Positions 32,266 through 43,187 are shown, counted from the stretch's first letter. The stretch: 64,000 bases of DNA from an uncultured Verrucomicrobiae bacterium (GCA_963788655.1 CAWBHS010000026.1:32001-96000); one strand, 5' to 3'. The notes: generated from the letters alone by a model not told the origin. Made by a program: numbers and translations.

Positions 32266-32582
32266 AGATGTAGCGCAGAATTGAATTCTGCTGTATCGCT
32301 GAGTTGCACTCGGCGGGGCATGAGCAATACGGGCGGCATTGGGAAGTGTGAACGCCAGGCGGTCTGAAAGTCCGCGATCCGGAAGATTGGAAATCTGCTC
32401 TGCGCCTGACGGCGGTCTCGGCGCCGATCAAAGGTCGCGCCAGCGCATGGAGTGCGTCCGGCTTGCCGGCGCTTTCGAATGCGGAGGGTTTGGATGATAC
32501 CCATGCAGGTTGGTTCTTTCTTTGTGACCTGCGTGAAATGAACGCGGGAGCAAGCTCCACGCACTCCAAACGCTGGCGCGAT
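32266..32582. repeat. Cluster of intergenic palindromic repeats
   Basis: GTAGCGCAGAATTGAATTCTGC...; GGAGTGCGTCCGGCTTGCCGGCGCTTT paired with GCGGGAGCAAGCTCCACGCACTCCAAACGCTGGCGCG (same family as 35084-35337 and ~56028-56067). Confidence 0.7.
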
Positions 32583-32626
32583 TCACTAGCCGCAAGCAGA
32601 AATGACGCGGTCACATAATCCGATGA

Positions 32627-35006
32627 TTACTTCGTCACCGCCGCCAGGTATCCCCAAGTATAGGCGTTGGCGGCCATCGGGTGTTGCACGGTGAATTCGC
32701 AAACAATCGGATACCAAAATACGTCCCAGTAGGCTTCCATGACGGGCCATTGCGCGGGCGGAGGATAACAGAATGGCGCGACGACGGTTTTGATAAACAA
32801 GTCGTTTTTCGCCGTCGGATCGGCGGGGCCAAAAACTGTCAGACCTTCCGGAGGCAACTGGCCGGTGTGACGCGAATCCAGGTGCAACGGATGCCGCGGC
32901 CATCGCCGGCCAACGCCGGTGGTGTAGCAGAGGTTCAACGGATTGGCGCCCAAACCCGCCTGGCAGGCGAGTTCAATGGCGCGCAAATACTTTTCGTCCT
33001 TGGTCAGGCGATGCGCTCGAATCACACTGATCACGTCAGAGACGCTCAAGGTCGTGGTCGGCGGCGCCCAATCATTTTTGGTCCAGCCAAAACCGGTTCG
33101 GGTTTGGGTGCGCAATCGTTCCTCGGCTTCGCGGACCGTTGCCTTGCGGCAGAATTCCTGGAGATCTCGGTTTACCGCCGGCCGATGCGTGTTGAGATAG
33201 GCCCAGGCGGCTTCCCGTTGTTCGTGGCTTTGCCAGACATAAAGTTGGGCGCCGGCCTCATTGAGATATGGTGGTCTCCAGGAAGACACGGTGCCAGCGT
33301 TCGTCCCCGGTCAAACGGAACAGTTCGGCCGCGGCATAGTTGCGCTTGTTCCGGACGTCGATATGGTTGTCCATGCGCTCGATCTTCACCCCGCCGGTTT
33401 CGTAGGTGGCCGGTCGCGACTGGCGTTGGGCGTAGTCTTGTTCGGCCCATTCCATGGCGCGCAGGGCGCTGGTTTGATAGATCGCAGCCAGGCCGGGTTT
33501 GCCCAATGCTTTCAACACTCCGGCCGCTTTGGCCGCCACGCCGGCGTAATAGTAACTTGACCAACTGCCCGGCGCATAAGCCATGACGGTGAGCGACTCC
33601 TGCCAACTGGTTTCCCCGAGGTTGGGATGTTCGGCGGACTCGATGCCGCCACGAATCCCGCCCGCCGGGGTTTGCAAACGTCGGTAGCAGTCGAGATTGA
33701 AGAGTGCCTCGTCCACCACGTCGGGCAGAGCGTTGGTGGATTCTGGAATGTTCAAAGACACGCTGGTGGTGAAATCAGGAAACATGGCGCCCAAATCTAG
33801 CAAATAGAGCGAGGCGATCAGATGCTGAATGCGCCGATCCCAGTCACCGGCGTCCATATATCCACCCCAGGCGTTGGTCACCAATTCGTCGGTCTTGCCG
33901 GCGACCAGGTTGCGGAAGTTATTAGGATCGGATCGACTCAGACCATTCCGGGTGTCCATCAGGCGTGTCGAAGAGGCATACACCTTGACGCCGTCTGCCG
34001 GATGAAACGAACGCGGACGGCGGAAGGAAGTAAACGGCGGTCCCAGGTCGATGCCACTGCGTTGGTGATAAAAACCGCGCGCGGAAGTGATGAAGGCCTC
34101 CTTCCAAACCTGGGGGCTGATGCGAAACGGATACGAGCACCCGATGCCCTCCACATAAACCTGATAAAGTCCTTGCTCCCGTACGGCGGAGAAGTCCATT
34201 TCATAAACGTTGGCCAAGGTGAAATTGCGGTGATAAGCATCTTCATCCGTTGCTTTCTTCGGCTTGGTCAAACGGCAAAGCCCGGAATAAACGCGGGTGC
34301 GGTTGCTGGCTTTGATCAGGTGGAATTGAAGGTCGGACGGATAGACAACCCCGCCGCCATCCCCCAGCCAACAGGACAGGAAAGCTCGCTTGACCGGATC
34401 GTTGGGACAAAAGCCGATTTGCGAAACGTGAATCGCTTCGCTGCGCAGTTCCATGGGCTTATAGTCAAACGTCTGGTCGGGGATCGGGAGGCCGTTGAAG
34501 GCAACAGTGTAGCTCGCGTTTTCCTGCAAAGAATGAGGCAGTTTGAGATACAGATGATATTGCACCGGCGCTTTGAACTTCCAATCGTCGGTCCGCGCCA
34601 CCCCGATTGGTTTGTGTTTGCGGCAGACGGCAACCGGATGCTGGTCCGCCTGGTAATTCGGATCGCTGGCCGAGGTGATCCGATAGCTGTTTTGCTCGCC
34701 CAGATTTTCGGTCTCGAGCAAATCGTCGGTGAAGACATCGAAGGGGCAAAGGATATCGCGATCATGGCCGACGAGGACTCCCAGTTCCTTGCCGTTACGA
34801 ACAAGGTAGTGGTTCCGGCCGCCCTCCTGGATGACGTCACCCGTTTGTTTTCGGTAAGGTTGTTGGGTTCCGATACGGACTTCGCCGGCCCGGACGATTA
34901 CCTCCAAAATGTCCGGGGCCACCAAGCCGACATGTTCCACTGTGACGGCCGCGTGCCCCAGCCAAGTGGTTAGGAAGGCCACGGAGAAGGCGATCAGGTT
35001 TTTCAT
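32627..35006 (-). CDS. GH9 cellulase-like protein with N-terminal Ig-like domain (frameshift near 33260)
   Basis: Signal peptide MKNLIAF..; IHVSQIGF, FYHQRSG, GGYMDAGDWDRR, AAAELFRLTGD, LGANPLNLCYTTGVG, EFTV. Confidence 0.88.
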
Positions 35007-35083
35007 GAGCTGAAGTATTTCAGGCTTGGCTGCGGCTGTCGATGGGGATGAGCGGTTACTGCGGAAGGGCATACGGTTGGTCA

Positions 35084-35620
35084 CGCCAGCGTTTGGAGTG
35101 CGACCGGCTTGCCGGCGCTTTTAATATGGTTGCGGCCTTTGACTTGGCTACTTACTCACAATTACCGTAGCGGCCGACGTAAGGAGGCGAATCCGAGATA
35201 ACTGATCGTGTTCTGCTTCCTTACGTCGGCGGCTACCGCAATTCGGCTGTTGAAACCGCGTGTGAAATTTCCAGATTAAAGCTCATGCGCAACGCAACAA
35301 AAGCGGGAGCAAGCTCCCCGCACTCCAAACGCTGGCGCGCTTTTTCGAGGTGCCCATTGCCAGAGACGCGGTTCGTTCAGGAACAAGCGGCCGCTGAGAT
35401 TTCGGGACAGGCGAGACGCCCTGTCCTACGCGTCTTCGCATCCGCACGCCAGTTTATGCGCGGCGAGTCTGTTCCAATCCGCGGCCGGCAAGCTGGCGTA
35501 GCGTGCTGCCGGCGTCTCGCCGGCAGAAACGATTGGAGAGGGGCGTTCTGCAATTCAACATCCGCCAATCTTTGAGAGGCTTGTGCCAATCCGCGGCCGG
35601 CAAGATGCCGGCAGCCCGTT
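35084..35620. repeat. Multi-family REPIN cluster
   Basis: Arms 35084-35122 and 35299-35337 enclose a GTAG-REP doublet at 35167-35236; GACAGGCGAGACGCCCTGTCCTAC at ~35406-35430; GTGCTGCCGGC...GATGCCGGCAGC at ~35500-35615. Confidence 0.8.
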
Positions 35621-35628
35621 GGGGTGGA

Positions 35629-36330
35629 CTATTTGTTGAAGCGGAAATTCACCACGTCGTAATCCTGCATCACGTAAGTCTTCAGTTCCAACCGCTGTTT
35701 GTTGGCGCGTTTGGCCTGCGTTTCACCGCCGGCTTCAATGAAGTCGGCGTAACTGATGATTTCGGCGCGAATGAATCCCTTTTGAATATCCGTGTGAATT
35801 GTGCCCGCTGCCTCCCACGCAGTCGTTCCCTGGCGAATGGACCAAGCGCGGTTTTCTTTGCCGCCGACCGTCAGAAAACAAATATGATCGCTTTCTTGAA
35901 AGGCCCGCACCAGCAACGTTTCCGGCGCGGCGACTTCCTCGGCCGTGGCGACCACGATGGGTTTGTTGGAGCTGAACGAATGAATGGCCAACGGTTCCAT
36001 CTCCTGCGGACTTAGCCGGGCCGCGTACACGGTTTGGTCGGCTTCGAGTTGCGCCTTCAGTTTGAGCAACGCGGTTTGTTCGTCTTCCGTCGGATTACGT
36101 CCCAAGCGAGTTTCAATGAAGTCCAGATCCTTGAAGATCAACTCGAGGAAGCCATCCTGGTTGGTCAGCACACTATCGGCATCCACCAGTTCATCGTCGC
36201 CCACCACGTCCACCTGGGCATAAATTTTCTTCTTCGCCTCGACGAGTTTGTCAGCCGCGTCAAGGCGGGGATCTTTGATATTATGTTTGCCACTCGGAAT
36301 GGCGGACAGGCCGAACGCACAGATTTTCAC
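35629..36330 (-). CDS. DUF933 (YchF C-terminal/TGS) protein with a truncated, degenerate NTPase domain
   Basis: FLTVGGKENRAWSI..GTTAWEAAGTIHTDIQKGFIRAEIISY..YVMQDYDVVNFRFN; only 233 aa, with no GxxxxGKS. Confidence 0.8.
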   Translation of the reverse strand: MKICAFGLSAIPSGKHNIKDPRLDAADKLVEAKKKIYAQVDVVGDDELVDADSVLTNQDGFLELIFKDLDFIETRLGRNPTEDEQTALLKLKAQLEADQTVYAARLSPQEMEPLAIHSFSSNKPIVVATAEEVAAPETLLVRAFQESDHICFLTVGGKENRAWSIRQGTTAWEAAGTIHTDIQKGFIRAEIISYADFIEAGGETQAKRANKQRLELKTYVMQDYDVVNFRFNK

Positions 36331-36389
36331 GCGGCTTCATTAAGTGGCCCGCGCTCCGTGGTCAAGGAAGGAACGGGAAAAAACGCGCT

Positions 36390-36737
36390 TCAACCGAAGG
36401 TACTGCCTCGCCAGCCCCAATTGGAAGCCGGCACATCGGTAAAATTCACATAGACGCGTTCCGGCGGAATGGCCAAAGAAGTCTCCAAAAGCCCGCAGAC
36501 TTTCTGGCAAATCTTCTGGTTCACTTCCCCGTTGAGGCCGCCGATGCTGCGCACTTCCACAAACGCCGCCGGGGCTGTTTGCCCGGACATCCGGATGGCG
36601 GCGGGCTCCAGCACGGCCATTACATATTGCTCCGGCTTGCCGATGCTCTCGACCAGCAACTGGGAAAGCTGGGGCAACAGTTCGGCTTGTCGGTCGTCCG
36701 CGACCGGCACCGAGGTATGGACTTTGATTAGTGGCAT
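36390..36737 (-). CDS. MIF-family (phenylpyruvate) tautomerase
   Basis: Catalytic Pro1 (M-PLIKVHT), IGKPEQYVM, SIGGL, RVYVNFTD..NWGWRGSTF. Confidence 0.9.
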   Translation of the reverse strand: MPLIKVHTSVPVADDRQAELLPQLSQLLVESIGKPEQYVMAVLEPAAIRMSGQTAPAAFVEVRSIGGLNGEVNQKICQKVCGLLETSLAIPPERVYVNFTDVPASNWGWRGSTFG

Positions 36738-36874
36738 AGCACCCGGAGTTTAATCCCCACGGCCAAAAGCACAAATGAATCCCACAGTGTCACAAGGAAG
36801 CCGGTGAAGTGTTAGCGGGTTGGAGGGTTGAAGGTGAATTTTTCAGACGCCAAAACCGTCAACAGCAGAACACT

Positions 36875-37897
36875 ATGAAAATCACATCGCTCAAATCGAT
36901 TCGCACGTTTTTATCCGTGGCGGCCTTGACCGCCGTGTTAGCGCCCGCCTGGGCGGCTGATAACCCGTTTGTCGGCCGCTGGGCTTTGACCATTCCCGGT
37001 GGCGGGGCCGGCTGGCTCGGGGTGACCCACGAAAACGGTTATTACGACGCTTCCCTGCTATGGGGCGGCGGCAGCGTAATGCCTATGGACAGCGTGTTCT
37101 TTAACAACGACCAGGACACGATGTTTGTCGTCCGCATTAACGAGGTTAAACGCAAGGATAAACAGGGCAAGGTCGTACGCACGCAACGGTTTCCCGAGGT
37201 CCTCATGGCCAAGGTATCGGGCGACACCCTGGAATTAACTCAACTGCGTCCTGGCGACAATGGGATTTCGCGGAACGAGTTCACCGGCAATCGGATTCCG
37301 CCCGTGCCACCGGCTCCCGACTTGTCCGCAGTCAAGTTTGGCAAACCTATCGTGCTCTTTGACGGCAAGAATTTGGACGGTTGGCGCTTGACCAATCCGA
37401 ATGGCGCCAGCGGCTGGAGCGTGCAGGATGGGGTGTTGATAAACCGCCCGGTTCAGCAGGAGGGCAAGCCGCACAAGAATTACAGCAACCTGCGAACTGA
37501 TCAGGAATTCAATGACTTCAATCTTAAACTGGAAACCCGGGTACCCAAAGGCGGCAACAGCGGCATCTATCTGCGGGGCATTTACGAAGTGCAGGTCGCC
37601 GATACTTACGGAAACGCGCCGGATTCGCACGGCATGGGCGGCGTCTATAGTCGCATCACGCCCAAAGTCAATGCGGCCAAGCCCGCCGGAGAATGGCAGA
37701 CGTACGACATCACCCTGGTGGATCGCCATGTGACCGTGGTGCTGAACGGGCAGAAAGTCATCGACAACCAAACGTTGCTCGGCTGCACCGGCGGTGCCCT
37801 CTGGTCCGATGAATTTCGTCCAGGCCCGCTGTATCTCCAGGGCGATCACACTGGTGTGGACTACCGCAACATCGTGATGCGCCCGGTGATCAAGTAG
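36875..37897 (+). CDS. DUF1080 / 3-keto-disaccharide hydrolase family secreted protein
   Basis: Signal peptide; LFDGKNLDGW, NSGIYLRG.YEVQ, GEWQTYDI, LQGDH..V.YRNI. Confidence 0.88.
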   Translation: MKITSLKSIRTFLSVAALTAVLAPAWAADNPFVGRWALTIPGGGAGWLGVTHENGYYDASLLWGGGSVMPMDSVFFNNDQDTMFVVRINEVKRKDKQGKVVRTQRFPEVLMAKVSGDTLELTQLRPGDNGISRNEFTGNRIPPVPPAPDLSAVKFGKPIVLFDGKNLDGWRLTNPNGASGWSVQDGVLINRPVQQEGKPHKNYSNLRTDQEFNDFNLKLETRVPKGGNSGIYLRGIYEVQVADTYGNAPDSHGMGGVYSRITPKVNAAKPAGEWQTYDITLVDRHVTVVLNGQKVIDNQTLLGCTGGALWSDEFRPGPLYLQGDHTGVDYRNIVMRPVIK

Positions 37898-37918
37898 ATC
37901 AACCGCAGCCCTTGACCC

Positions 37919-37987
37919 GTAGCAGCCGACGTGAGTCGGCTCTGATTCCAACTTTCGGAAAGAGAGCGGACTCACGTCCGCTGCTAC
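37919..37987. repeat. GTAG-type REP doublet
   Basis: GTAGCAGCCGACGTGAGTCGGC ... GGACTCACGTCCGCTGCTAC, between convergent genes. Confidence 0.75.
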
Positions 37988-38048
37988 GAGGTTAATGGGG
38001 TTGGGTGAGAGCCTCAGACGTCGCCGGCGTGCGTTTGTGAAATCCCAA

Positions 38049-39458
38049 TCAAACCTGCTTGGTCAAGCGCACTCCCAGGCGCAGCAACTTCTGCGCATCT
38101 TCCGGCGAACGGGCTTCGGCATAAATCCGCAAAATGGGTTCGGTGCCGGAGCCCCGAAGCATCAGCCATGAAGTGTCCTCAGCGATGTATTTAACGCCGT
38201 CACAGGTGACCATGTTGCCCACGGGCGAACGGAGCAAGCGCGTTGGCGGATTGGTCCGGCAGTATTCCATCAAGGCCGCGCGTTTCTCCAAGGGAAATGA
38301 CGCATCGATCCGTGCGTAATGGTGGGGCCCGTAACGTCGGGCAAGCTGGGCCAGCAATTGTTTGATGGACCGCTGCTCCGTTGCCAGCAACTCGAGCACC
38401 AGCAATCCCGCGAGAATCCCATCGCGTTCAGGGATGTGGCCGCAGAAACCGATCCCGCCGCTTTCCTCCGCTCCCAGCAGCACGTCGCCTTTCAACATCT
38501 CGGCGGTGATGCTTTTGAAGCCCACGCTCGTCTCGGTGAGCGGCAACCCGTATTCCGCGCACATTTTGTCCATCATCGAAGTCGTGGTGAGCGCCTTGAC
38601 CACGCGCCCCCGCTGACCACGGTTCTTCAGAAAATGATGTAACAACAGGCAGATTACCTGGTGCGTGGAAAGCGGATTGCCGTGCCCATCCATGCCGCCG
38701 ATGCGATCGGCATCCCCGTCAGTCACCAAACAAAAGTCGTGCGGATGTTTGCGCAGGTAGGCGGAACTCTTCGCGTAATTCGCCGGAATGGGTTCGGGAT
38801 TGATCCCGCCAAAGTTGGGATCGTGCGCGTTGTTCAAGGCCGTCACCTGACAGCTCGTGCCGGCCAGCAGCGTCTCGAAACAACCCGCCCCTACGCCGAA
38901 AAGCGCATCATGCGCAAAGCGTAACCGGGCGCGCGCGATTCGCTTGAAATCCACTTGCTTCTTAAGCGCGTGGAAATACTCCGGACACACCTCGTGCAGT
39001 TCAATTCCGCGCGTCGTCCCCGCAGGCAACCGGCGCACTGGATTCTGGTCGATCATTTGTTCCACCTGCTGACACAACGAGGCGTCCGCTGCCCCACCAA
39101 AATGGCCTTTGAGCTTGTAGCCATTGAACACCGCAGGATTGTGGCTGGCGGTAATCATCACGCCGCCCACCGCCCGGCGCTGTTTAACCGCAAACGAAAC
39201 CGCGGGCGTGGGCGTGGGCTGCGGCGTGAGGATGACCTGAAATCCATTGGCCGCCAAAACCTCCGACGTGCATCGGGCAAATTCGCTCGATAGAAAGCGA
39301 CGGTCGTAGCCCACGACCATCAACCGATTGGTGCCGGGTACCGGCCGGATCCGCCAGTAGTCCGCGGTGGCCTGGGCCACTCGTTTCACATTGGCAAAGG
39401 TAAACTCCTCCGCAATGACTGCCCGCCAACCGTCGGTTCCGAATTTTATGTCCGCCAT
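38049..39458 (-). CDS. Phosphoglucomutase/phosphomannomutase
   Basis: FGTDGWR, GYDRR, ITASHNP, DGDADR, GAEESGG, RGSGTEP. Confidence 0.95.
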   Translation of the reverse strand: MADIKFGTDGWRAVIAEEFTFANVKRVAQATADYWRIRPVPGTNRLMVVGYDRRFLSSEFARCTSEVLAANGFQVILTPQPTPTPAVSFAVKQRRAVGGVMITASHNPAVFNGYKLKGHFGGAADASLCQQVEQMIDQNPVRRLPAGTTRGIELHEVCPEYFHALKKQVDFKRIARARLRFAHDALFGVGAGCFETLLAGTSCQVTALNNAHDPNFGGINPEPIPANYAKSSAYLRKHPHDFCLVTDGDADRIGGMDGHGNPLSTHQVICLLLHHFLKNRGQRGRVVKALTTTSMMDKMCAEYGLPLTETSVGFKSITAEMLKGDVLLGAEESGGIGFCGHIPERDGILAGLLVLELLATEQRSIKQLLAQLARRYGPHHYARIDASFPLEKRAALMEYCRTNPPTRLLRSPVGNMVTCDGVKYIAEDTSWLMLRGSGTEPILRIYAEARSPEDAQKLLRLGVRLTKQV

Positions 39459-39578
39459 GGTCCTACAATCCCAAGCTGCTTTTTCAGGCGACGCAAGTTT
39501 CTGCCGCTTCAACCCTTCAACTCTTAAATCCTTCAACGCCTCCGGTCACGGCTTTCAGCAACTGGTGAGGCGTCCTTC

Positions 39579-40265
39579 TCAAGCCAGCACGGCTTCAGCT
39601 CGCCGCGGCGCGTTGGCAGTCGCCAGGTCCCGCATCCTTTTCACCGCCCGTTTCATTTGGCGGTGGTGAAAGAGACACGTGCCGCTCACGAACGTATCCG
39701 CCCCCGCCCGGGCGCAATCCACGACAGTATTGAAATCGACGCCGCCGTCCACTTCGATCCGGTAGTTTAGATTCTTTTCCCGCCGCCAAGCCGCCGCTTG
39801 CTGGATTTTGGGTACCATTTCGTAAATGAACGATTGGCCGCCGAAGCCTGGATTCACGGTCATGATGTTCAGCAAATCGATCTTGGTAAGAAACGGCAGA
39901 ATATGGCTGATGCCGGTGGGCGGATTGATGGCCAATCCCACCTTGAATCCCAGGGACCGGATCTTCCATAGCAACGAATCCACCCGGTCACCCAATTCGA
40001 CGTGAATGGTCACATTGGTCGCTCCTGCTTCTTTGAATGGTTCGAGCAAAATCTCCGGACGCTCACACATCAAATGCACATCAAAAGTCATGCGCGCGTA
40101 GGGCCGGACTTGTTTAACCACCGCGGGGCCGAACGAGATGTTCGGCACGAAATGACCGTCCATGATGTCCAAGTGCAACCAATCGGCTTTGGCGTTCTTG
40201 GCCCGCAACACCTCTTGGCCAAAGCGGTCAAATTTTGAAGCCAACAGCGAGGGCGCGATAATCAT
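39579..40265 (-). CDS. rpe: Ribulose-phosphate 3-epimerase
   Basis: IAPSLL, HLDIMDGHFVPNISFG, DVHLM, MTVNPGFGGQ, EVDGG; start at ATG 40265. Confidence 0.97.
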   Translation of the reverse strand: MIIAPSLLASKFDRFGQEVLRAKNAKADWLHLDIMDGHFVPNISFGPAVVKQVRPYARMTFDVHLMCERPEILLEPFKEAGATNVTIHVELGDRVDSLLWKIRSLGFKVGLAINPPTGISHILPFLTKIDLLNIMTVNPGFGGQSFIYEMVPKIQQAAAWRREKNLNYRIEVDGGVDFNTVVDCARAGADTFVSGTCLFHHRQMKRAVKRMRDLATANAPRRAEAVLA

Positions 40266-40526
40266 GGGCGGAAGGGTACGGAAAAGCGGATGACCGGTCA
40301 ACTGTGGCGACGCCATGGCCCAATCGTTACCGAACAGGATCGCCGAAACCGGCAGCGACAATCTTGGATCGGTAGGACAGCGCGTCCCGCCGGTCCCGAA
40401 TTTCCCGGGAGCGCTCGACTCTTCGGGGATCCACCAATGACTCAGTGAGCGGTCTTCGGACATTCGCGACCGCCGGAACATCCGTCCCACCTCGGCGGCA
40501 CGAAATATCTTCATCCAAATCCGAAT

Positions 40527-41792
40527 TCAACCGACCTCCGGCACCGATTGCGCGGTTCTTTTGCCCAAAACGTACGCGACCACCTTCCGGATGCTCAGGC
40601 CCTGGCACACGATGGAAAAGACCACCAGGACATAAGTGATGGCCAACACCATTTCCCGTTCACGGCTCGGCGGCAGCGACAACGCCAACGCGACCGAAAT
40701 GCCGCCACGCAATCCGCCCCAAGTCATAATGGTCACTGCGCCCGGCGTGAAACTGCGCCAGCGCCGCATGATGCCGATGGGCAATCCCACGCTGATCCAT
40801 CGCGCCAGCAAAATGGCCGGGATCGCCAGCAAGCTGGCCAGCAGCAGGTGGCGGGAAAACGTCAGGACGAGCACCTCCATGCCAATCAGCACAAACAGGA
40901 TGGCGTTAAGAATTTCATCAATCAATTCCCAGAAGGTGTCCAAATGTTCACGGGTTTCTTGCGACATGGCAAACCGGCGTCCGTGATTGCCGATGAACAA
41001 TCCGGCAATCACGATGGCGATGGGTCCGGAAACATGAAGCGCGCTGGCCAGGGCATAGCCGCCCATCACCAGCGCCAGCGTGAGCAGGATTTCCACCTGA
41101 TAATTGTCCACGCTCTTTAACATGCGGTACCCGATCCACCCCAAGACCAACCCAAACACCGCGCCGCCCACCGCTTCTTCGAGAAAGACCAGTCCAATGT
41201 GGCCCGCGGAAACGTGTTCGCCGCCAATCGCAATGCCGTGCAATACGAGAAACGCGACCACGCCGATGCCATCGTTGAACAGCGATTCCCCGGCGATTTT
41301 AGTTTCCAGAGTTTTGGGCACCCGGGCGGTTTTCAAAATGCCCAACACCGCCACCGGGTCGGTGGGGGATATCAACGCGCCGAACAACAGGCAATACGCG
41401 TACGCCATCGGCACCCCCACTGCGGCGAGGATGAAATAAATCGCGGTGCCGAACAGGAACATGGCCAACAGCACGCCGCCCACGGCCAACACCGGGATCA
41501 CCACCTTTTGTTCGGCCAGATCATCCAGGTTGATCTGCAAGGCGCCGGCGAAGAGCAGGAAGCTCAGCATCCCTTGCATCAAGGCATCGTCAAAATGAAT
41601 CTGCCGGAGCAACAATTCCGCCTGCCGGGCAATGGCGGGCTGAATCAGACCCAGGCCGATCAACGCCAGCGAAAGCACCAGCGCGATCAGCATCACCCCA
41701 ATCGTGGTCGGCAGTTTGACGTAACGATGGTTGAGGTAGCTGAACAACGCGGTCAGCGTCATTAGCACCGCGATGATTTCGATGATCGTCAT
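40527..41792 (-). CDS. CPA1 (NhaP-type) Na+/H+ antiporter
   Basis: FGALISPTDPVAV, GESLFNDG, WGGLRGGISVALAL. Confidence 0.93.
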   Translation of the reverse strand: MTIIEIIAVLMTLTALFSYLNHRYVKLPTTIGVMLIALVLSLALIGLGLIQPAIARQAELLLRQIHFDDALMQGMLSFLLFAGALQINLDDLAEQKVVIPVLAVGGVLLAMFLFGTAIYFILAAVGVPMAYAYCLLFGALISPTDPVAVLGILKTARVPKTLETKIAGESLFNDGIGVVAFLVLHGIAIGGEHVSAGHIGLVFLEEAVGGAVFGLVLGWIGYRMLKSVDNYQVEILLTLALVMGGYALASALHVSGPIAIVIAGLFIGNHGRRFAMSQETREHLDTFWELIDEILNAILFVLIGMEVLVLTFSRHLLLASLLAIPAILLARWISVGLPIGIMRRWRSFTPGAVTIMTWGGLRGGISVALALSLPPSREREMVLAITYVLVVFSIVCQGLSIRKVVAYVLGKRTAQSVPEVG

Positions 41793-41813
41793 AGTTTGGT
41801 TTCAGGCACGGTT

Positions 41814-42053
41814 TCAATCCTTAAACATCCGCTTGATTTCGGCCAGGAACAGCCATAACACGATGACCAGTTCCGGCGCGATCAGCCATCCCCACGCCTG
41901 ATAGAAGACTGGTACCGCAATGGCAGACGCCAGCCACAAAACGAGCGCCGCGGTACAGGCGATCCGTGCCGGCGCGCTTTCCAGGAAGCAAATCCCTCCC
42001 AGCAGCAGCATGGGCACGATCAGGAATCCAGCTATGGCTCCGCCGGGCAACAT
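41814..42053 (-). CDS. Small hydrophobic hypothetical protein
   Basis: Three hydrophobic segments; same strand as and just upstream of the antiporter. Confidence 0.4.
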   Translation of the reverse strand: MLPGGAIAGFLIVPMLLLGGICFLESAPARIACTAALVLWLASAIAVPVFYQAWGWLIAPELVIVLWLFLAEIKRMFKD

Positions 42054-42252
42054 AAATGGGTCATCCGCCGCATGTCATGGGACAGGCTAAAGCCCCTTCC
42101 GGTCGCGGACAATCCGGAACTGTGGATGATGCTGGCCAGGCAACCTTGAATCGAGGCTTTCCAGTTTGGTTTGAACCAGGCAACCTCAGTCCTCAGATGA
42201 CGCCCGGCGCGAGCCCGGCGATTGAACTGATGAACCACTGACGATCCAAACC

Positions 42253-43044
42253 ATGAACCGACGAAAATTCCTGACCCTTTCGAGTGTCGCTGGAGCAACG
42301 GGGTTGACTCCGTTGACACGAGCGGCGGCTGCCAGCTCCCCGATGAAACAAACCCCACGCGACTATTACGAACTGCGCCGCTATCACCTCGACACCGAGG
42401 AACAGCGAAACGGTTTGGACACATTCTTACGCCAGGCGGCCATTCCGGCGATGAACCGTTTCGGCGTGGAACCGGTCGGTGTGTTCTATCCCGAGAAGGA
42501 TTTGAGCCCGGTCTATGTGCTGTTGCGCCTTCGCTCGCTGGCGGAGGTGGCCACGTTGACGCAACGGTTACTGGCGGACCCAGAATTCGAAAAACAGGGT
42601 GCGGCGTTTCTGAATGCCCCGGCCGAAAAGCCTGCCTACCAACGGATGGAGAGTTCGCTGCTGATTGCCTTCACCGGCATGTCGCAACTGGACCGTCCCG
42701 TGCGCTCGGCTGGTCGCGTGTTGCAACTGCGCACTTACGAAAGCCCCAGCGTCAAGACCGGGCAAAAGAAGATAGAAATGTTCAACAGCGCCGAAATCGC
42801 CATCTTCCGCAAGGTGGGATTGCACCCGGTGTTTTATGGGGAAACGCTGGTGGGATCCAAAATGCCCAATTTGACTTACATGCTAGCCTTCGAGAGCATG
42901 GAAGAGCAGAAGGCCAACTGGAGGAAGTTCGGCGCTGATCCGGATTGGCAGAAACTGCGCGCCATTCCCGAATACGCCGACAAGCGGATTCTCTGCGGAA
43001 TAACGAACCTGATTCTGAAGCCGGCGCCGTACTCGCAAATTTGA
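42253..43044 (+). CDS. Tat-exported NIPSNAP-family protein (two domains)
   Basis: MNRRKFL twin-arginine signal; YELRRY and LQLRTYES repeats; PNLTYML..F.ADPDW, ILKPAPYSQI. Confidence 0.88.
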   Translation: MNRRKFLTLSSVAGATGLTPLTRAAAASSPMKQTPRDYYELRRYHLDTEEQRNGLDTFLRQAAIPAMNRFGVEPVGVFYPEKDLSPVYVLLRLRSLAEVATLTQRLLADPEFEKQGAAFLNAPAEKPAYQRMESSLLIAFTGMSQLDRPVRSAGRVLQLRTYESPSVKTGQKKIEMFNSAEIAIFRKVGLHPVFYGETLVGSKMPNLTYMLAFESMEEQKANWRKFGADPDWQKLRAIPEYADKRILCGITNLILKPAPYSQI

Positions 43045-43112
43045 GTTTTCGCGGCGATCCAGGCACGTTGTCATTGCCAAAAGGGCGGGGAATGGGTTAG
43101 CGTTGCCGTGCT

Positions 43113-43187
43113 GGGCGATTAGCGCAGCGGTAGCGCAGCTCCCTTACACGGAGTTGGTCGGCGGTTCGAATCCGTCATCGCCCACCA
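43113..43187 (+). tRNA. tRNA-Val(TAC)
   Basis: GGGCGATTAGCGCAGCGGTAGCGCAGCTCCCTTACACGGAGTTGGTCGGCGGTTCGAATCCGTCATCGCCCACCA. Confidence 0.95.
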
